The notes under the pieces were generated by a model. It made no database searches, had not been told where the DNA came from, and saw nothing but the letters and a program-made list of their open reading frames with translations. Made by a program: the position numbers and the translations under genes. A DNA stretch of 63,603 bases, the filler included, from Pelomyxa schiedti (Eukaryota > Protista > Evosea), in assembly GCA_020536535.1 (NCBI GenBank). It is 6 parts of 6 records of this genome, joined end to end, with 100 filler letters (N's around TTAATTAATTAA, not from the genome) between each part and the next. Parts side by side here need not be neighbours in the genome. Positions count along the whole stretch, not along the records: positions 1 to 21,130 come from JAHLWZ010000176.1; 5 more parts are not named here. One strand, 5' to 3'. Positions within the stretch are counted from its first letter, which is position 1; each line of letters begins with the position of its first letter. Shown here piece after piece: positions 1 to 10,365 of the stretch.

Positions 1-2
1 AC

Positions 3-3000
3 TGTCTCCGGGAGAAAATTGGTCTGAAAGGCGAGGTCAGTGTTGTCCAACCAGCCACTTCCCAGCTTCCCCCACAGGAACTGGTCCCAGTGAGCACCCA
101 AGAACACCAACCAACACCTGACGATTTGGCCTTTGTCCTGTTTACCAGTGGGACTTCAGGGCAGCCAAAGGCAATACCAACCAGGCACAGAGCTTGGATT
201 TCCCGAATGATAAAAAGTGCACCATTTGTTTTCATGCTGGACAAAGAAGATCCCACTTCCCCAATTTCGACCCGGCCCCGATCCTCCTCCTGTGGTTGCA
301 TGGCCCATTTGTGCTCTCCCTACTTTGACGTTGCCTTATTCGAGCAGACTTTCCCTCTTGTGTTTGGAATGGATATGGGCATTGTTGGTGAGTGGGTTCC
401 AGATTTGCATGTTTTGGCCAACTTGGCTCCGCAAGCCCATTTGACACACATGACAGCAGTTCCAAGTTTCCTGAAAGCACTCACTTCAAGAGAGGAGTTG
501 TGCGCAATTGTGGCAAAGTCGATGAAATNNNNNNNNNNNNNNNNNNNNNNNNNNNNNNNNNNNNNNNNNNNNNNNNNNNNNNNNNNNNNNNNNNNNNNNN
601 NNNNNNNNNNNNNNNNNNNNNNNNNNNNCATGTTTTGGCCAACTTGGCTCCGCAAGCCCATTTGACACACATGACAGCAGTTCCAAGTTTCCTGAAAGCA
701 CTCACTTCAAGAGAGGAGTTGTGCGCAATTGTGGCAAAGTCGATGAAATGCGTTGCCAGTGGTGGTGAAGCTCTTTCTGTTGAATTCGCAGATAAACTTG
801 CTTCCTCGTTTCCGAATGCATCAATTGTAAATGCTTATGGACCTGCTGAGGCAGCATATGTTTACTCTTGTTTTGAATACCACCCTGAGAATAACAGCTT
901 AATGTCAGATGTCGAAAGGGCCACACGGACAGTTCCGATTGGGAAACCCCTCCCCGGTGACGGCGCTATTATCTTGGATGGTGATACTCACCAACCAGTT
1001 CCGTTTGGGGTTCCTGGTGAACTGTGTATCCTCAGCTCATGTCTTACAAAATGTTACTTGAATGACTCTGCCGAAACAGCAAAGCACTTCATTCAGGCGC
1101 CTCCTGAGGTGTGTGCCATGGTTTCTCATGGAGAAACTCTGCCTCCTTTGTTGAGGGAAGACTCAGTGCTGTACCTCACTGGCGATTATGTGAGGTGGAA
1201 TGATAATTTCGAGCTGGAGTACATTCGGAGAACTTGCCAAAACAAAAATCAAGTCAAAGTGCATGGGATGAGGGTGGAAACTGAGGAAATTGCCTTCTAC
1301 ATCCGAATTTACCACTCTTCAATCTCTGACGTCGTTGTGTGTCTGGGCAACGGCAACTTGATTGCCTACATTGAAAATGCCTCCATTCACAACAGTGAAG
1401 AAGAGAACTCACTGCGCCGAGGGTTGCACGGAAGACTGAAGCAGCAGCTTCCTCGATACATGGTTCCGTACTTTTATGTTATCCTTCCAACATTCCCCCA
1501 CNNNNNNNNNNNNNNNNNNNNNNNNNNNNNNNNNNNNNNNNNNNNNNNNNNNNNNNNNNNNNNNNNNNNNNNNNNNNNNNNNNNNNNNNNNNNNNNNNNN
1601 NCAACATTCCCCCACACAACATCGGGGAAGCTTGACCATAAAGCCTTTCCTCCACCGCTTCCAACCAGAGATCTTCCCCTTGACAGTGACCCACAATCTG
1701 TTGGTGGAGACTCCTTTCTTTCCTCTGAGGCCAAGTTCTTACAAGATGAAGTCGAGCAAGTCCTGGGCTTTTCCATCCTGCCCACACAAGACTTGCGAGG
1801 CTTGATTAACTCACTCGCGTTTTATCGGCTGCAGCAAAGAATTCAAATGAAAACTTCAGTCAACATCTCTGCCCACGACTTTGCTGATTACTACACAATA
1901 GAAAGACTTGGGCAATACTTGCAGAAAATAATTAGCCCTCCGGCTAATTCACCTGTAACTCCACCCACGTCTACTTCCCCTAGCATTTCCCGTCTCACAC
2001 TAAACCGTCTCTCACAAACAAGTGAGTCGCACCATCCAACATACCCAAACAGACCCAGATCCAGGTCGTCTTCTTCCCCTAGCTCGCCACGAAACACTCC
2101 GACACATGGGTCAAAGTTCCCGATCGCCATTATTGGCCTTGCTGTAAAATACCCTGGTGCNNNNNNNNNNNNNNNNNNNNNNNNNNNNNNNNNNNNNNNN
2201 NNNNNNNNNNNNNNNNNNNNNNNNNNNNNNNNNNNNNNNNNNNNNNNNNNNNNNNNNNNNTACTTTTATGTTATCCTTCCAACATTCCCCCACACAACAT
2301 CGGGGAAGCTTGACCATAAAGCCTTTCCTCCACCGCTTCCAACCAGAGATCTTCCCCTTGACAGTGACCCACAATCTGTTGGTGGAGACTCCTTTCTTTC
2401 ATCTGAGGCCAAGATGTTGCAAGATGAAGTGGAACAAGTCCTGGGGTTTTCCATCCTGCCCACACAAGACTTGCGAGGCTTGATTAACTCACTCGCGTTT
2501 TATCGGCTGCAGCAAAGAATTCAAAAGAAAACTTCAGTCAACATCTCTGCCCGCGATTTTTCGGATTACTGCACAATAGAAAGACTTGGGCAACACTTGC
2601 AGAAAGTAATGACCCCTGCTGCAGCTCATTCACCTTCCGGAACTCCAACTGCGGCAACAACTTCGCCTGTTGTTTCCCGTCTCTCACGCAACCGTCTCTC
2701 GGTCAGCAGTGAATCACACCATCCAACGTATGCAAACAGACCAAGATCGAGGTGTTCTTCTTCCCCAAGATCTAGAGACACTCCGACAAATGACTCAAAG
2801 TTCCCGATCGCCATTATTGGCCTTGCTGTAAAATACCCTGGTGCCAATTGCCTTGAGGAGCTTTGGGAGATTGTGGTCAACAAAAGAGATACAATAACTC
2901 GATGGGAGCCATCCATACACAACAGAGTCGGTGCTCGAGGGATCATTGCTGACTTTGACTCCTTTGACTACAACTTCTTCAACGTCACGTATCCCAAGTT

Positions 3001-6000
3001 GTATGATCCTCAGGCAATGCTTTTGAATGAAATCAGTTGGTGCGCGCTCGAAGATTCTGGGTACTGCCCCAGCCTTTTGAGGCAGAGGGACACACGTGTC
3101 GGGTATTACACTGCATGCCCAATATCTTCTTATGCCACCACTCACCTGTTCCCGCTTATCCCGCTTCAGGATATGCCCAACTTAACGCAAAGACCTCTGT
3201 TCATCCTCCAGTATAACGAAGCGTTTATGTCAACAGTGACCGCTGCCTCCACAATGAAGTTCAAGGGCCCGATAATCGCCTGTGATGCCGCCTGTGGAGC
3301 GTCTGCCGCTTGCGTGCATCTTGCTTCGCAATCTCTCCGGGCAGGGGAGTGCGACATGGCGATGGTTTCATCCTCTGTCATGCTGTTCCCGCGAGCGAGA
3401 TACGGATATGAACGTGTGCCTGGGCTCATGTCCACAGATGGGAAGGTTGCTCCTTTTGATGAGTCGGCCTCTGNNNNNNNNNNNNNNNNNNNNNNNNNNN
3501 NNNNNNNNNNNNNNNNNNNNNNNNNNNNNNNNNNNNNNNNNNNNNNNNNNNNNNNNNNNNNNNNNNNNNNNNNGACATGGCGATGGTTTCATCCTCTGTC
3601 ATGCTGTTCCCGCGAGCGAGATACGGATATGAACGTGTGCCTGGGCTCATGTCCACAGATGGGAAGGTTGCTCCTTTTGATGAGTCGGCCTCTGGTTTTG
3701 TTCAGTCGGAAGGTGCCGGTTCTATTCTTTTCAAGCCACTGGATAAAGCTTTGTATGATCACGACCACATTTATGCGGTTCTCAGTGGCATTGGTCAGTG
3801 CTCCGATCCGTCGATCTGTGACAACGTGATGGCACTTCATGTTGACATCCTGAAGGACAGCATCGACCGGTGCCACCAAAGTGCCGGAGTGAAATCGAAA
3901 GACGAAATTGGTTATGTGGAGTGCCACGGCGCAGCCACCGCGGTTGGTGATTTCACGGAAATGGCTTCTCTGTGCCGCGCTTTGTCAGAGCCTGGAAAGT
4001 CGCAGTTCTGTGCAATTGGGTCGATCAAAGCGAATATCGGGCACTCATTTCAGGCAGCAGGAATTGCTGCAATCGCAAAGGTGATTTGCATTCTGAACAA
4101 CAACTACATTCCCGGGCTTGTCAATTTTAACCAGGTTCATGGATCTGTGGCTCCATTATTTGCAGATCCGGCTTGTCCCCTCTTCATCCCAAAAGATGGA
4201 TTTGTTCCATCCTCTCCAATTCAGAGAGCAGCGGTGATATGTTCCGCTCCCAGTGGGTCTTATCACATGCTTTTCGAGAAACCACCGGAGCTTCCCCCCA
4301 CAGAGTTAATGAACGAACGAAAGGATTTCCTGATGTTGTTCAGTGCTCTGACAGAGACGGCCGTGGAAGAATACTCCAAGAGAGTTTTGGGTGCCCTCTC
4401 TTCAAAGGATATAAACAGAGTGCTTCTCACCGAAGCGGAGTACACCCTTCAAGTTGGGAGAGAGAGATTCCAAAAACGCAAAGCGGTTGTTGTTTCCTTA
4501 AAGCGTAACGGAGAGAAGGAGACAATTGACACCGTTTTTACTCCACCGAAATCAAAAACAAACGCATCAGCCCAATCACAGCTGGCCACAGACAACCGCA
4601 AAGAACCTCAGGTTGCATTCCTCTTTTCCGGATTTGGAGGAACACACGTTCATGCCATTCGAGAGCTCTATGCTGCATTTCCCACATTCAGACGCAATTT
4701 TGATCGTTGTTCTGTTGCCATTGCCAAATTGATGGACATCGACCCAAGAACGATGTTACTAACAGAAGAAGGAATGGACTGGAAGTCTCAACTTTTTTCG
4801 GCACTTTTATTCAACAGCCTTCAGGTTTGCATCGCTCTCCAGCTGATTGAGTGGGGTATTAAGCCCACCATGGGAATGATTGCACACAGCCTTGGAGAGT
4901 ACGGAGCAGCAGTTGTTTCCGGGGTCATGACTGTTGAAGAATCCCTTTTCTTGTGCCACAAGCGATTCACTTTGCTCGCAACACTTCCGACTGCCAACGT
5001 TCTCATTGTATCGCTGTACCCAGTTCAAAAGATCAAGGAGATTATTGCATCAATTCCAAATTGCTCAATGGAGATTACCGTTATAAACAGCGAGATGCAT
5101 TGCCTTGTTTGTGGAACCCCTGCCGAAATCACAACTCTCCGGGCAAAGATCCACGAAGATACTGCCACTTCGGGATACTTTCTCAATGATTTCAATTCAA
5201 CTCCCTCACACAGTTCAAAGGCGGGCCCAATTCTGGAAACGTTTGCTGATTCCATTTTAACAAGAGTCAAGATGAACAAACCAACAATGCGGTACGTATC
5301 TTGTTCCTCCTGCAAATGGGTCGACCCCACAGAAGCAATCACCCCGCAGCATTACTGCCATCACTTATCGCATCCCATCCTCTTCCCCACTGGAATGGAA
5401 TGTTTGCTTCAGACTTGGAGTGAACAGGAGGCGCCACCACGCTTGGTTATACTGGAAATTGGGACCTCCCTGGCTTCTCATGTGCCCAACATAATTGGGC
5501 CGCGTAATGCCACTTGCATTTCCGTCATGCTCCACAATAAAAATAACAAACTCAACGCAGCCCAGCAGCTGTTGGCCGCTTGCGCCACTCTCTGGGAACA
5601 GGGGTTGGAGTTAGATTGGGATTCTTACCACGTTGGCACCAGCAACCTGTATAAAGTCAGTCTTCCAACTTACCCATGGGAGAGAAAGCAATGCGAACCA
5701 CCCGCGGAGCCTGTTTCAGCAACGGAAACTCTAGCGGACCAAGATAAGTCATTCCTGCAAATACTGCACTCCAAGAGCGGCAAGGCCGATCAAAGCACCG
5801 ACGAGAACGACGCGGTCAGCGGCACAGCGGAGCTATTTTCCAGCAAAGTTCAAGTTCCCAAGGAACTAGTTGCAGTGGTGATGGAATACTGGACCGCACA
5901 CGCTGTTGTGACTCCGGTGGACATGGAGCAGGACAGCACATTCTTCGCCGGAGGTGCCGCCAGCATGAACGCCATGCAAATGCTTTCCTCGCTCAACAAC

Positions 6001-6231
6001 AAGTACCACATTGTGATCCCGGGCAGGGCATTCTTTGCCGACCCGACATTCGAGCACCTCCTCACACTCATTCACCCACTTGTGAACCCTCCACAACAAC
6101 AAGCGCAAACAGCACCAACTCCAACAGACCATACACAAACTTCATCAAACGAAACCAACAACATTCCTCACACCGAAGGCGTTGTAACTGCAACTGCACC
6201 ATCACCATCAACAAACAACGATAACCTCTGA
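3..6231 (+). CDS. Hybrid NRPS-type I PKS (A-T-KS-AT-ACP), copy 1; 5' end outside the window, broken by four assembly gaps
   Basis: A-domain motifs FTSGTSGQPKA, FDVAL, NAYGPAE, GELCI, YLTGD, QVKVHGMRVE, LPRYMVP, TSGKLD. Carrier motif GLINSL. KS motifs IAIIGLAVKYPGA, DPQ, DAACGAS (Cys), ECHGAAT (His), NIGHS (His). AT motifs FLFSGFGG and AHSLGE, post-AT LPTYPWER. Terminal ACP FFAGGAASM, stop at 6231. No introns seen. Confidence 0.92.
1602..2160 (+). other. Alternative paralog/allele of the carrier-domain and linker segment of the NRPS-PKS, scaffolded between gaps
   Basis: Homologous to about 2280-2843 but with substitutions and indels (KIISPPANSPV vs KVMTPAAAHSPS); bounded by 100-N gaps on both sides. 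Confidence 0.75.
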
Positions 6232-6457
6232 GTGTAGCACCTAAATTCCGAAATTCGTGTTTCCACAAGAAAGAAAGAAAATTCGGTAGGCAATCAAACT
6301 TACCTAAATTTTGTTCGTAGAAGCAAGGTACTTACTGGCCACCGGTTTATGTCGATCGTTTTTCGCCATTAATTAAATACGTAGGTAGGTTAAGGTATAT
6401 AAACCCTAACTCATTAACGGTAACAATTAATAAATTAACACCTAGCACAACACAAAA

Positions 6458-9087
6458 ATGTCAACCACAACTACTAGTAGTAGTGTAACACTTACTGCTC
6501 CGCGGAAATGGTTCAAGGCTATTTGGAGAACCCCACTTGGTCCCGGGGGCACAATATCCCCGCAGCAGGTGGCGCTGGTCAATTGTGTGTCTGACGAATT
6601 GCAGCTGGTGGTATGTGCATATTCTATGTTCATTTTGTTGTTCACACTAGTTAGACAGGGTTGCATGTGGCTGCTTTGAAGGGGGATGTCGATTGGGCTC
6701 ATGCTCTGCTGGCTGCTGGCGCAAATCCAAATGCAAAGGTTGATTATTCTATTCTTTATTGCGCCCAGTATTGTGGCGTGGTTTGTAAGAGCGTTTCACT
6801 GTAGCTGGGGCAACCTGGATCCGATCGTCTAACAGTTACCACCGCCACCGCCACTGCAACTGCAATTGGGTCCCCTGTCAAGTCGGTAAGTTCTCTATTC
6901 TCTATTATCCTTTGTATTGATCCACTTCAGAATTTGGTATGCCTTTTATTTGGTCACACATAATCTAAACCTTGTGTTTATTCTTTGAACTGTTGCTCCA
7001 ACCGGCCTTCGTTTCCATGTAGTTTGTAAGGAATTCCTTTCTTCCTTCATTGGTTTTAATACTGTGAACAGATAGTGTGTATTTTTTTGAGTGATATTTA
7101 TTTCTCACCTACTCTTTCTTGTGCCAATTTCATATCTAGCTGGTGTGTCTCTTTATTTGTTTCTGCATTTTAACTGTATCACAGATTGTATGTCACTTTT
7201 CAATATAATCTTCCTTTTGCTCATTTCTTTTCATGTTGAAGGGCAAACGCCCAATAGTGGTGTGTACGTTCTAATAGCAAGTTTCTTCTGATTTTTCAAA
7301 GCTTGTATGTACACTTGATATGGAAAAAACCTTCTAACCTGCTTTCTGTTCCTTTGGCTTATGATAAACGTAGCCGGTGTGCAGTTTGTCTTTTGGATGT
7401 TTACACTAACTCACACTCAAAAACAATCCTTTCTTTTGATCAAAGGGAGTATGTAATAATCAGTTTATCATATCTTATTCATTTAAACTAGGCTGTATGT
7501 ACATTTAACTGTCTTCTCATTCTTACATTTTGTTGATGTTCCATTTCTTGAACTTCTAGCTTGTATGTAGTTTGATGTGCAATTTACTGAATAACTTTCT
7601 TTAGCCGGTAGTTTCTTTAATCTCCTGCATTTCTTTCTTATTCAAATTGATCAATGTATATTCTTTCCCAGGGTGATGTATGTCCCCCTTTTATTTTCCC
7701 CTTTGAAAATTTAATCTTCCTGTACAGACTCCATTGCATCTTGCCACACTGCAAGGCAACACAGGTGTTGTTATTGTACTCCTTGCCAGTCCCAATGTAG
7801 ATATCTTCATAAAGGTATCGTGTTTGTATACACCTACTGACTTACTCCGCCACAGAATTCTAAAAATCAATCCGCTATGGACCGCACTACCCTTGCGGAC
7901 ATCAAAACCCTGTTTAGGCAGCAGCGCGTACTTCCTAATGTTGGAATTACATTGCCACAGCTGGACGATGCAGTCAGAAATGAAATGGCTGTTTTAACGG
8001 CCGCACAAAGGTATTACCCTGAAGGGGTGTCACCAACCCATGTTCTGTCCGGCAAGGTGGAATCTGGGGTCAACCGAATGGCCCAAATTGCCGGAACAAC
8101 AATCGAAGCTGCCGCGGTTTCTATTGTGATTACTCATGCATCCAATGCCATGAATACACTCAATGCTCAGCGCACCACATACCAAGCTGAAGTACAAAGA
8201 GAGCAAGCTCAGCTCGTTCAATCAACTCAAAACAAACAACAAGCCGAGGTTGCAGTGAAACTCCGCGAAGCCGAACTGATGCAAGCGCAGCAGAACCTTC
8301 AACAAGCATCGCAGGTAGAATCCGCGAACCGGCAGAGTCTAACCACAGCCCAAGGAATCCTCCAAGCAGCAAACAACAGGATCCAGCTAGTCACACAAAC
8401 CAAACAAATCTATGAGCAGAGATACACCCGAGTCACGGCGGTAATCGCCACTCTGCTGGATAAGGTCCGGTCTCGGAACCTCTTCCGCTTGACAGTGGAT
8501 GATGTTTCCGCATTGCTACGTGATGTAGGCCTTGTACATCATGTCAGCCGGTTCCAGACCGCGAGAATTAGTGGCGGCTCACTTTTGTCACTGGATAGGT
8601 CAACCATGACATCACTTGGGGTAATACAGAGGTATGACCAGGACCTTCTGTTGCACTCTCGCAAGATGATACGCCAACGTGGGGAGATACACGCGAAGCC
8701 ATCATCACCAGCATGCTGGAGTGCACAACAGGTGCTTCTTATATTTTATATTACTATCAAAAAAAAAACAATATTTATTATTATAAATGAAATTATAAAA
8801 TAACAATAAAGAGTTAGGTTTTCATCTTACATTTACCACTACAATTTGATAAGGTTCTGTCATGGATGAAGGGAGAGCTGGAATGGAGCCAGGGGGAAAT
8901 TGCTGTGTTCCAGGCAAAGCTGCCCAATGTCGATGGAATTTCGTTGTTGTACCTGGAGCAGGGTGAGATAAATGGACTTTCTACAGAGGCCGGGGGGACC
9001 CTCCCTCAGGGCAGTGTACTATCACTGTGGTCAGCAATACAGCAAGCTGAGGCGCTTGTCTATGATCCCACACAGTACACATCATGA
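6458..9087 (+). CDS. Ankyrin-repeat / coiled-coil / tandem SAM-domain protein, multi-exon
   Basis: Phase-0 exons: 6458-6610; 6655-6738 (TGLHVAALKG...GANPNAK); 6805-6885; the micro-exon train; 7728-7814 (TPLHLATLQG); 7856-8731 (Q/A-rich coiled coil, then SAM-like LTVDDVSALLRDVGL...ISGGSLLSL..LGV); 8854-9087 (second SAM, WSAQQ|VLSWM...VDGISLLYL). All introns GT-AG. Confidence 0.85.
6931..7677 (+). other. Array of 13 predicted micro-exons (ten of 3 nt) separated by 38-86 nt introns
   Basis: Repeated AG|NNN|GT(A/G) units at 6931-36 AATTTG, 7023-25 TTT, 7072-74 ATA, 7140-42 CTG, 7185-87 ATT, 7242-59 (or 7258-63), 7302-04 CTT, 7374-76 CCG, 7446-48 GGA, 7492-94 GCT, 7560-62 CTT, 7605-07 CCG, 7672-77 GGTGAT. 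Donors are mostly GTATGT or GTGTGT. Confidence 0.8.
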
Positions 9088-9134
9088 TAGGTGGTGGTGT
9101 TTATAAGATTTTAGTGTAAATTATTACTAGGCAG

Positions 9135-9652
9135 TTAATTGCCAGTGTGTTTTCGTTCGTTTTCAAAGTGGCCAATGATGCATTTACCAGGAGGGTTTGA
9201 GAGTGTCTTGACCTTGTTCCCCTTCTTCGTGTAAACTGTCACTTTGGCACCAGAGAATTCACCCTCACACACGAGGATGTGACCATCAAGGTATGTGAGG
9301 GAAGCCACTTCTGGTGAATGGATGGTCCACAAGGGACCTTCCCTCAGGTGCTCGAGGTTCATAAGGCTGAAGGATTCCAGGCAGCTGATGACAAACAGGT
9401 TATCACTGACTGGTGCAATGCACGTTGGGTTGATGTGTGGTATCTCCCCTATCTTCTCACCAGTGGTTGTCTCAATGAAGCAAAGGTAACCGGTGTTGCT
9501 GCAACACAGGGGAAGGACAAGTCCTGCAGCAAGGAATGACCCCGGGGAAGTCAATGTGTGCTTTTCCTCTTTGGGCAGTCTCCACGTCATTCTGGTGAAT
9601 GTGGGAGAAGACTCATCAACTGGTTTTGCAATGTTGAAGCGTAGAAGTGTTG
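9135..9652 (-). CDS. Hypothetical beta-strand-rich protein, 5' end lost in a gap; paralog of 16831-17556
   Basis: ORF MTWRLPKEEKHTLTSPGSFLAAG is highly similar at DNA and protein level to 16831-17286. Confidence 0.7.
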
Positions 9653-9752
9653 NNNNNNNNNNNNNNNNNNNNNNNNNNNNNNNNNNNNNNNNNNNNNNNN
9701 NNNNNNNNNNNNNNNNNNNNNNNNNNNNNNNNNNNNNNNNNNNNNNNNNNNN

Positions 9753-10265
9753 AGGATATAAACAGAGTGCTTCTCACCGAAGCGGAGTACACCCTTCAAG
9801 TTGGGAGAGAGAGATTCCAAAAACGCAAAGCGGTTGTTGTTTCCTTAAAGCGTAACGGAGAGAAGGAGACAATCGACACCGTTTTTACTCCACCGAAATC
9901 AAAAACAAACGCATTAACCCAATCACAGCTGGCCACAGACAACAGCAAAGAACCCCAGGTTGCATTCCTCTTTTCCGGATTCGGGGGAACACACGTGCAT
10001 GCCATTCGAGAGCTCTATGCTGCATTTCCCACATTCAGACGCAATTTTGATCGTTGTTCTGTTGCCATTGCCAAATTGATGGACATAGATCCAAGAACGA
10101 TGCTGCAAACGGAAGAAGGAATGGACTGGAAGTCCCAACTTTTCTCCGCACTTTTATTCAACAGCCTTCAGGTTTGTGTTGCTCTCCAGCTGATTGAGTG
10201 GGGGATTAAACCCACCATGGGAATGATTGCACACAGCCTTGGTGAATATGGAGCAGCGGTTGTTT
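9753..10265 (+). CDS. Fragment of an NRPS-PKS paralog (KS-AT linker and AT N-terminus), gap-bounded
   Basis: Near-identical to about 4405-4918 with private variants (NALTQSQL); contains FLFSGFGG and AHSLGE. Confidence 0.8.
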
Positions 10266-10365
10266 NNNNNNNNNNNNNNNNNNNNNNNNNNNNNNNNNNN
10301 NNNNNNNNNNNNNNNNNNNNNNNNNNNNNNNNNNNNNNNNNNNNNNNNNNNNNNNNNNNNNNNNN

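Noticed and set aside
409-748. Exact repeats flanking N-gaps (also around 3474, 18787 and 38240)
   Set aside because: Unmerged contig overlaps, not biological repeats or frameshifts.
1602-2843. Apparent tandem duplicated carrier domains in the 1145-aa ORF
   Set aside because: The two versions are separated by a 100-N gap and each repeats the A-domain end and KS start; best explained as paralog or allele contigs scaffolded in series.
7091-7491. Short hydrophobic ORFs (66 and 62 aa)
   Set aside because: Translations of T-rich introns within the micro-exon array.
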